From positions 1 to 51,229 of the IMG/VR virus record IMGVR_UViG_3300037419_001302: a DNA stretch of 51,229 nucleotides; one strand, written 5' to 3'. Shown here piece by piece: positions 45,037 to 51,229 of this stretch; positions within the stretch are counted from its first letter, which is position 1, and each line of letters begins with the position of its first letter. The translations under genes were made by a program, and so were the position numbers. This DNA comes from a virus (Duplodnaviria > Caudoviricetes). The notes below the pieces were generated by a model. The model saw only the letters and a program-made list of their open reading frames with translations. It was not told where the DNA came from and did not search any database.

Positions 45037-46509
45037 ATGGCGCTTTCCTCGACCACGACCCGTGTCTCCTACGCTGGCGATGGAGCCACAAGTTCGTTCG
45101 CGATCCCGTTCAAGTTCAACGCCGACAGCCATATCGAGGTGGTCTTGCGGGCGTCGGACGGGACGGAAACGACCTGGACCGACGGAACGCAATACACACT
45201 GACCGGCGCCGGAGAAGCGAACGGCGGCACGCTGACGGTCGACACCAGCCCAACCGACTACACACCGGCCTCGGGCGAGACGCTGGTGATCCGCCGCAAG
45301 CCGCCGCTCACGCAGGGTTCGGCCCTTCCCTTGGGCGGCTCTTTCCCGTCGACCACGGTGGAAGCGGCGCTCGATCTTCTCACCATGCAGGCGCAGTTGC
45401 TCGATGAGGAAATCGGACGCGGTTTGAGATTCCCGACGACCGACAGCGCCTCGTTGGACCCGACTCTGCCCGCGAGCGTCACGCGCGCGAACAAGGTGCT
45501 GGCGTTCGACGCTAGCGGCAACCCGACCGTCTCGACCGAGGACCTGTCCGACATCGAGGGCGCGGCGACGTCGGCAACCGCCGCCGCCGCGGATGCCGCG
45601 GCTGCCGCCGCGTCGGAAACCAATGCGGCGGCGTCGGCCGCGGCCGCTCTCGCCAGCAAGAACGCCGCTGCCGCCATCCTCGCCTCCGGCATGTTCTCGG
45701 CCGTCCAGGACAAGAGCGCCGACTACGCCGTGGTCGAAGCGGACGCCGGCGATCTCTTGCGCGTCGCCACGGGTGCCGCCGACAAGACCATCACCCTTCC
45801 GCTGATTTCCGGCCTCGCCACGCCAGAGGGCTTCAAGAGCGCGGCGGTCAAATGGTCGGGCACCGGCAACGTGATCGTCGCCGCGAGCGGAGCCGAGACG
45901 ATCAACGGCGCGGCCAGCTACACCATCATCACGCAGTACGAAACTGCGGTGTTCGTCGCCGATGCCGAGACGCATACGTGGACCGCCATCGATCAAAGCC
46001 CGCCGCTGGCGGATGGGTCGGTCACAACCGCGAAGCTCGCCGCCAACGCGGTGACGAACGCCAAGGCGGCGCAGATGGCGGCCAACACCATCAAGGGCAA
46101 CAACACGGGGGCGACGGCGGACCCGTCCGACATCGCGTTTCCGATCGTCACGGGCGGGTCGTGGACGCCCGCCGATGGCTCGGGCGCCGGCCTTTCGTTC
46201 ACGGGCGTTTCAGCGAAATACACGCGCACCGGCAACATGATCTTTGCCTACGCGCAATTGCACTACCCGATTACGGCGGACACCACGGCGGCCACGATCA
46301 CGGGGCTGCCGGTAACTGTTCCTAACCAGGATTATGCGCAGACGCCTTCCACTGTCTACACGAACACCGCAGCGGCGACGGGATCGAAGGCTATCGCCAT
46401 CAAGAACACAGTGACCCTCCAGTTGTTCAAGCCGGATGGCACCTCTCTGACAAACGCCAATCTGAGCAACGCTCAGGTCAACATCCTTTGCATCTATCCG
46501 GCGAGCTAG
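45037..46509 (+). CDS. Tail fibre (T7 gp17-like N-terminal anchor)
   Basis: YAGDGATSSFAIPFKF..YTLTG..EAALDLLTMQAQ; Ala-rich shaft; DGSVTTAKLA/AVTNAK repeats. Confidence 0.9.
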   Translation: MALSSTTTRVSYAGDGATSSFAIPFKFNADSHIEVVLRASDGTETTWTDGTQYTLTGAGEANGGTLTVDTSPTDYTPASGETLVIRRKPPLTQGSALPLGGSFPSTTVEAALDLLTMQAQLLDEEIGRGLRFPTTDSASLDPTLPASVTRANKVLAFDASGNPTVSTEDLSDIEGAATSATAAAADAAAAAASETNAAASAAAALASKNAAAAILASGMFSAVQDKSADYAVVEADAGDLLRVATGAADKTITLPLISGLATPEGFKSAAVKWSGTGNVIVAASGAETINGAASYTIITQYETAVFVADAETHTWTAIDQSPPLADGSVTTAKLAANAVTNAKAAQMAANTIKGNNTGATADPSDIAFPIVTGGSWTPADGSGAGLSFTGVSAKYTRTGNMIFAYAQLHYPITADTTAATITGLPVTVPNQDYAQTPSTVYTNTAAATGSKAIAIKNTVTLQLFKPDGTSLTNANLSNAQVNILCIYPAS

Positions 46510-46513
46510 AGCC

Positions 46514-47473
46514 ATGACGAAGGAACTCATCGACTTCCGCGAAGGCAGCAATCTCGCCGACGTAACCTTCACAACCGGCTTCGATCCCGCGAAATACAAG
46601 CGGTATGAGCTTCACCTCGACAATCTGGTGGAGATGAACCCGGCCGTGTTCGGGCCTCAATTCGTCTTGACGCTCTCGGCCGACGGAACGACGTTCGACG
46701 CGGGGCCGAACTACCATTCCAGCATCGGCTACTCCTGCAACGCCTATGCACCGATCGACCCGCCAAACGATCCGACCAATCCTTTCCGCATGTATCTGGC
46801 GCACTACTCGAAAGAGAACGCCGGAATTTACATCAGCCTCGACAACGCGCAGAACGCCTATCAGGGCCTGAGCGGGAAACTGACCGTCCGCTCCCCCGGT
46901 GTCGTCGCCGGCCTGAATGTGGACACCGCCATCGAGGGCGTGCTGAGCCGCGGCATCTTCACCAACAATCTCATGCCGTTCGGGCATCTCGTCTGGGGGC
47001 GGTGGACCGGGGCCGTCGGCTCGGCGGTCAAGGGCATTCGAATCAAGAACAATCTTCAGCCGATGCGCGGCCGCGTCGAGCTGTGGGGCGTGAGCGAAAC
47101 GGCCTCTGTGGGTGGATCAATCCAGGTCAAGAAGGGAACGACCTTCTACGATATGGCCGGAGCTGTGCCGCCGCCGGTTTCAATCAACGTCGGTTTCCAG
47201 CCAAAGAAGGTCGAGTTCCGCTGCTGGTATAACGACAAGATGGGGATCGGCGACTGCGACCAGACGGGGGCCGGTGACTGCCTGTTCCAATATGATGACG
47301 CCGGTGTTCACAAGGCCAATTGGGCGTCATCGAATCCCATCGTCGGGGCTACCACTCTCGGCAATTGGGTTTTGGGCTCCATAGCGATTAACCCGACCGG
47401 ATTCACGATCACCTATTCCAAAGTCGGTGCCCCAACGGGCGGGCTGTCGGTCGGCTACACGGCGGTCGGATGA
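46514..47473 (+). CDS. Second tail fibre / receptor-binding accessory protein
   Basis: Follows the fibre gene; beta-rich; INVGFQPKKV motif seen in fibre tip domains. Confidence 0.6.
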   Translation: MTKELIDFREGSNLADVTFTTGFDPAKYKRYELHLDNLVEMNPAVFGPQFVLTLSADGTTFDAGPNYHSSIGYSCNAYAPIDPPNDPTNPFRMYLAHYSKENAGIYISLDNAQNAYQGLSGKLTVRSPGVVAGLNVDTAIEGVLSRGIFTNNLMPFGHLVWGRWTGAVGSAVKGIRIKNNLQPMRGRVELWGVSETASVGGSIQVKKGTTFYDMAGAVPPPVSINVGFQPKKVEFRCWYNDKMGIGDCDQTGAGDCLFQYDDAGVHKANWASSNPIVGATTLGNWVLGSIAINPTGFTITYSKVGAPTGGLSVGYTAVG

Positions 47474-48423
47474 AGCACGAAGCCGAACCGATCTTTCATC
47501 CAGCGCGCCCGGGTGGGCTCGCGCATCTTCCACAGGCATTGATCGAGCCAGATGTGAGCAATGCCGAGGGCATAGATGATCGCGAGTCCGGCAGCGGGAA
47601 ACGCGGCGGTGCGGAGTGCGCCCGCATTGGACCAGATCAGCCACGCGAAGAGCATGATCGCGGCCAGTGCGGGAAGCGCGTAGCGGCGCGCGGATCTTGC
47701 CGCTCCGTGCGCGCCGAGAAAGATGAGGTACTGGAGCCCGTGGGCGACCGTGAAGGCGACGAAGCCCATCACGTAGTCGTCGGTCAGGTACATGGCGAAC
47801 ATGAAGGTGACGCCGATGAACAGCGCGGCGCCCGTCAGGAAATGACCGCGTTTGAACGCTCGCAGCGCCAGCACCACGGCTATTCCGGCCATGGTCGCCG
47901 CCGCCACCGCACCTACGTCGTAGGCCACTGTGATAGCACGGGTCGCGCGAGGCCCCACCGGCATCCATTCCGCGCCGATCAGATAGCCCGGCGCCATGGC
48001 CTTGAGAACGCCGAGCAGACCGACAACCACTCCGGCCTTGATCGCGCTCTTCTCGATCCGATCGAGCGGCCGACCGCGCTCGTAGAGCGAGATGAACGAC
48101 GCCACGCCGACGTTCTGCGCGCCGAAGTGCCAGTTGTTCCAGAGCAGGTAAGTGAGCATCGCGGCGACGAAAAACGGCTTTCCTGGAACGGCCAGAAACA
48201 GCGCGGTCACGGCGAGCGCGAGAGCCGCCGGCAGCGCGATCAAGCGCCACGGGTTGTCGGCGGCGTAGCGGCGCACGTCGGGATCGGTGAAGAGATAGGC
48301 GGTCGCCAGCACATGCGTCCCGCCCAGCGCCGCCAGGGCGGAGAACAGCGACACCGGAGCCGACACGCCGAGCAGGGCGAACGGCAGAACGGTCGCGGTC
48401 AAGAGCCCAACGCAGAACAGCAT
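47455..48423 (-). CDS. Polytopic membrane protein with four His motifs (moron)
   Basis: About 8-9 hydrophobic segments; GTHV.ATAY, WHFGAQN.G, HGLQYL, HIWLD..LW; antisense to the late operon. Confidence 0.8.
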   Translation of the reverse strand: MLFCVGLLTATVLPFALLGVSAPVSLFSALAALGGTHVLATAYLFTDPDVRRYAADNPWRLIALPAALALAVTALFLAVPGKPFFVAAMLTYLLWNNWHFGAQNVGVASFISLYERGRPLDRIEKSAIKAGVVVGLLGVLKAMAPGYLIGAEWMPVGPRATRAITVAYDVGAVAAATMAGIAVVLALRAFKRGHFLTGAALFIGVTFMFAMYLTDDYVMGFVAFTVAHGLQYLIFLGAHGAARSARRYALPALAAIMLFAWLIWSNAGALRTAAFPAAGLAIIYALGIAHIWLDQCLWKMREPTRARWMKDRFGFVLHPTAV

Positions 48424-48542
48424 CGCGTCACCCCTTCAGCGCCCCCGGCCGCCGCGTCAACGACGGCCGGGGACTTCCAAAGCCAACCTTACGCGAGGTC
48501 AGCCATGGCTCCAATACCCGAGCACGAAAAGGTTAACGCGCC

Positions 48543-48761
48543 ATGAGCACGCCTGAGGAGCGCATCGCCGCCCTCGAAGCGCGGATGAACGGCGCCGAGG
48601 GCTGGCTTCAATCGATCGACACCAAGCTCGATACGGTGATCGAGGCCATGAACATGGGCAAAGGAGCGTGGTTCCTGCTGCTCAAGGTCGGCGCGGCGAT
48701 AGTGGCGGTTGCCGGGGCGGTCGCGTGGCTCAGCGATCACATTCAGGCGGCGTGGAAATGA
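48543..48761 (+). CDS. Single-TM coiled-coil lysis-region protein (holin-like)
   Basis: ERIAALE coiled coil plus C-terminal TM; precedes the endolysin. Confidence 0.65.
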   Translation: MSTPEERIAALEARMNGAEGWLQSIDTKLDTVIEAMNMGKGAWFLLLKVGAAIVAVAGAVAWLSDHIQAAWK

Positions 48762-49171
48762 ACTTCGACCTCGCCGCCCTGCAAAACGAACTGATCCGCG
48801 ACGAAGGACTGAAGCTCAAGCCCTACCGTGACACGCGCGGAATCCTCACCATCGGCGTCGGGCGCAACCTCGAGGGCGTTGGCATATCGGAGCGAGAGGC
48901 GAAGATCCTGCTCGCCAACGATATCGTTTCCGTCGCCTCCCAGCTCGACACGGCGCTCCCCTGGTGGAAGAGCCTGTCGGACGGCCGCCAGCGTGCCCTG
49001 ATCAACATGGGCTTTATGGGCGTCCAGAAGCTCCTGGGCTTCAAGAACATGCTCGCAGCTCTACAGGCCGGGGATTGGGACACCGCCTCGCGTGAAGCGC
49101 TCGATTCGGATTGGGCGCGCGAAGTGAAGGCCCGCGCCAACCGCGTGGCCGTGCTGATATTGGAGGGCTAG
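48758..49171 (+). CDS. Endolysin, GH24 lysozyme
   Basis: DEGLKLKPYRDTRGILTIGVGRNL with the E-x8-D-x5-T triad. Confidence 0.93.
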   Translation: MNFDLAALQNELIRDEGLKLKPYRDTRGILTIGVGRNLEGVGISEREAKILLANDIVSVASQLDTALPWWKSLSDGRQRALINMGFMGVQKLLGFKNMLAALQAGDWDTASREALDSDWAREVKARANRVAVLILEG

Positions 49172-49753
49172 ATGCCGCTCATTCCCCTATTGCTTCAGGC
49201 CGCGCCGTTCCTCGCCAATCTGATCCTGGGCGACAAGACTGGCGATGCGGTGCAGAAGGTGGCCGACATCGCCGGCCAGGTGCTTGGCGTGCCGGGCACC
49301 GATCACGACGCCCTCGCATCGGCCCTGACCAAGATGGACGGCCCCACCGCTGCGGCGCTGCAAACGAAGCTGACCGAGTTCGCCCACGACGAGACCATGG
49401 CGCGGCTCGATGCCGACAAGGCCGAGCGCCAGCAGCAGCACGACGAAATCATGGGGCGCATCGCCGACGTCGCCAACGCCCGCGCTCAGACGATCGCGCT
49501 GGCCCAGGCGGGCTCGCCCCTCGCATGGGGTTCGGCCGTCATCTCGGCGCTGGTGCTGGTCACGTTCGCCATCGTGCTCCGCATGGTCCTGACCAAGGCA
49601 ATCCCCGATGGGCAGGAAAGCCTCGTCTACATCATGCTCGGCGCGCTGACGACGATGGCGACGGGCGTGGTCGGATATTGGGTCGGGTCGAGCTCGGGGA
49701 GCGCGATGAAAACCGATCTACTCAGCAAAGCGCCGCCGGTGCCGAAGCATTGA
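49172..49753 (+). CDS. Putative holin
   Basis: DVANAR, two C-terminal TM segments, VVGYWVGSSSGS..K. Confidence 0.7.
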   Translation: MPLIPLLLQAAPFLANLILGDKTGDAVQKVADIAGQVLGVPGTDHDALASALTKMDGPTAAALQTKLTEFAHDETMARLDADKAERQQQHDEIMGRIADVANARAQTIALAQAGSPLAWGSAVISALVLVTFAIVLRMVLTKAIPDGQESLVYIMLGALTTMATGVVGYWVGSSSGSAMKTDLLSKAPPVPKH

Positions 49754-49791
49754 CTTGAGTGCGTGCGCGTACCGTGAAGACCTCCGAACTG

Positions 49792-49818
49792 AGCCGCCCC
49801 TAACCGGGCGGCTTTTTT
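49792..49818 (+). terminator. Late-operon terminator
   Basis: AGCCGCCC-CTAACC-GGGCGGCT followed by TTTTT. Confidence 0.85.
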
Positions 49819-49908
49819 CGTTTCAGGCCATGGGAATTACAAAACGCTGATTTTCGGAGGGCGACGACGCGGAAGTGCCGATAAATCCTGTGCAACTTGG
49901 GTAATTCT

Positions 49909-49943
49909 AAAATAGAAACGCCCCCGGTTTCCCGAGGGCGCTC
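49909..49943 (-). terminator. Terminator of the tRNA-like RNA transcript
   Basis: Minus strand GAGCGCCCTCGG-GAAA-CCGGGGGCGTTT-CTATTTT. Confidence 0.8.
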
Positions 49944-49946
49944 TAT

Positions 49947-50133
49947 TGGTTGGTGTGGCCTATCACATTTCGGCTGCGAGGGCTTGTCAGGTTTACCCCG
50001 GTGAACGAGTGATCCGCGTTTCCCGCGGCGTTGCCCGGATACCGCACATGTTTGTTCCCACCCTGTGCAGGGCTGCAGAGATCAATTCCCTCCGTCTATC
50101 TGCGTCAGCGTGTCCATCCACGCCGCTACACCA
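49947..50133 (-). ncRNA. tRNA-like RNA 2 (about 187 nt, ends ACCA)
   Basis: TGGTGT/ACACCA closing stem, D-like arm GCGT-GGATGGAC-ACGC, large branched insert, degenerate T-like arm. Confidence 0.55.
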
Positions 50134-50159
50134 ACATCGGACGCTCTTGCGAGCGAAAC

Positions 50160-50293
50160 TGTTGCTGCGGGCCGGGCTTGATACCGGCTCGGTCCGTTTT
50201 ACAGTCCCGGCTTCCGCTGCCGAGCGATCCCGATCCTTCGACGACCGACGCAACTGAACGGAAAATGTGCGTTTCCTTCAACGCCGCCGCAGC
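50160..50293 (-). ncRNA. tRNA-like RNA 1 (about 134 nt)
   Basis: Perfect 7-bp stem GCTGCGG/CCGCAGC, D-like arm GCGT-TGAAGGAA-ACGC, T-like arm GCCGG-TATCAAGC-CCGGC, about 80-nt structured insert. Confidence 0.7.
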
Positions 50294-50299
50294 GCCGCT

Positions 50300-50328
50300 A
50301 TTCTAGCCCTGGAGAGAATCGGGAGGAA
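50300..50328 (-). promoter_or_regulatory. Putative promoter of the tRNA-like RNAs
   Basis: -10 element (GC)TAGAAT six nt upstream of RNA 1; weak -35 TTCCTC at 17-nt spacing. Confidence 0.5.
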
Positions 50329-50384
50329 GCCCAATGTTATCGGGCATAACCTCAGATAACGGGCGGCAGAGGAAATCACCCCGA

Positions 50385-50603
50385 CTAATGACGAGTGCCC
50401 TTTATCCGTCCAAAATACCCCATAAGTTCGGCTACGCGCTTCTTCCCGATGCCGGGGATGACGGCTAATTCCCTCTCTGTCATGGCCGCCACTCTTTCGG
50501 GGTCAGTCAGCCCGGCCGCGAACAGACGGCCCAAAGTCGAGGCGGTAATGTCGCCGGTCCATTTCTCGGCGGCCGCCCAATATTCGTCTGAGAAGCGCTT
50601 CAC
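50385..50603 (-). CDS. Small helix-hairpin-helix protein (RNAP alpha-CTD-like)
   Basis: LFAAGL..MTERELAVIPGIGKKRVAEL. Confidence 0.65.
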   Translation of the reverse strand: MKRFSDEYWAAAEKWTGDITASTLGRLFAAGLTDPERVAAMTERELAVIPGIGKKRVAELMGYFGRIKGTRH

Positions 50604-50638
50604 TTGGTCCCCACAGCACGGCTGGCTGTTGCAGTCCG

Positions 50639-51070
50639 TTATAGCCCGCTATTTTCCCGGCCGTGAACATGGTAGGTGCGTGGAGATCGGCTGGTGAACC
50701 GGCGTCCGCCGTATCCATATCGGCTATAGCGCGGTGCGCCAGCTTCCCACGCCGCCGCTCGCTCTCTGCGGTCGTCCATCTGCCAAGACAAGCGACGCTC
50801 GAATCGCTTCTGCACTGTCTCGCGGACGGCGTTGCTTTCGATGAAGCTCAGCAACTCAGTGGAGGCGTTGAACCATTCGCCGCGCAGGCGATCTTTCGCA
50901 AAGCGGCGGTGCAGCGACCTCTCGGCCTCGCAATCACCGCCCATGACGCCGAGGATGCGCAGCGGCTCCGGGTGAGATGTCTGAAGCGCATAGAGCCGCC
51001 TGCTTGCATCGCTTTTGGTGTAGCCGATCTTGATGGCGCCAGCCTCTCCCGCGCGAATGAAGTAGATCAT
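50639..51070 (-). CDS. GIY-YIG nuclease (T5orf172/MUG113-like)
   Basis: MIYFI..IKIGYT..RRL..LQT..ERSLHRRF..RLRGEWF; AAGGAG RBS. Confidence 0.88.
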   Translation of the reverse strand: MIYFIRAGEAGAIKIGYTKSDASRRLYALQTSHPEPLRILGVMGGDCEAERSLHRRFAKDRLRGEWFNASTELLSFIESNAVRETVQKRFERRLSWQMDDRRERAAAWEAGAPRYSRYGYGGRRFTSRSPRTYHVHGRENSGL

Positions 51071-51102
51071 CCCAACTCCTTCCCAACCATTGCCCGCATG
51101 TT

Positions 51103-51229
51103 CTCGCAACGTTCCGCGTTTTACCGCAGACCGGCGTAAGGCTTGGGAATGGCGAGAATGCTAGATAACTAGCGGTTTTCCTGGTGCCGTCGAGTGGAAT
51201 CGAACCACCGACCCCGTCCTTACCAAGGC
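51103..51229. repeat. Terminal direct repeat, copy of 1-127
   Basis: Exact identity to the first 127 bp. Confidence 0.95.

Larger units (their letters stand above)
1..51229. mobile_element. Complete temperate phage genome in excised/circular form (lambdoid early region, podoviral late region)
   Basis: Intact attP, integrase, CI/Cro, replication, packaging, head, short tail and lysis modules; circular ends. Confidence 0.95.

Noticed and set aside
45560-45680. GCC/GCG-rich repeat tract
   Set aside because: Encodes the Ala-rich coiled-coil shaft common in tail fibres.
45037-49753. Diversity-generating retroelement, given the BPP-1-like virion genes
   Set aside because: No reverse transcriptase ORF and no adenine-mismatched TR/VR pair was seen. 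The 57-bp repeats are exact copies and lie elsewhere.
49947-50293. tmRNA or intron-containing tRNA
   Set aside because: No G3-U70 alanine identity in RNA 1, a D stem is present, the T loop is non-canonical, and the inserts are too short for group I or II introns.
49946-50306. ORFs 49946-50257 (+), 49993-50253 (-) and 50031-50306 (+) as proteins
   Set aside because: No RBS, non-ATG starts and atypical composition; the region is better explained as structured RNA.

Overview
The window is a complete, circularly assembled temperate phage genome of about 51.1 kb. Bases 1-127 repeat exactly at 51103-51229, most likely as an assembly overlap. The DNA is GC-rich and the host is probably an alphaproteobacterium, inferred from a GcrA-like regulator and the general gene style. 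The early half is lambdoid: attP (3' half of tRNA-Thr(GGT)), tyrosine integrase, xis, a leftward accessory and recombination operon (HerA/DUF87-like ATPase, a mosaic 580-aa protein, NinB-like, RecT/Bet), a CI/Cro switch with four 16-bp palindromic operators, then HNH, two DNA methyltransferases, VRR-NUC, GcrA-like, DnaB, DUF1376 and an HslV-like peptidase. The late half is podoviral (BPP-1/epsilon15-like): TerS, TerL, portal, scaffold, capsid, adaptor, nozzle, ejection proteins, tail fibre, lysis. The most unusual observations are: (1) a promoter- and terminator-bounded transcript near attP made of two tandem non-canonical tRNA-like RNAs with large inserts replacing the anticodon arm; (2) a complete 76-nt tRNA-Arg(CCG) cloverleaf translated in frame inside the HerA-like ATPase gene; (3) a glycosyltransferase-FkbM-GT9 cassette plus a 2OG-Fe(II) hydroxylase and cupin pair inside the virion operon, suggesting virion modification; (4) a small protein that copies the TerL C-terminal tail; (5) a linker-joined mosaic protein carrying a ubiquitin-like domain. 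All family assignments come from motif recognition by eye; no database searches were run.
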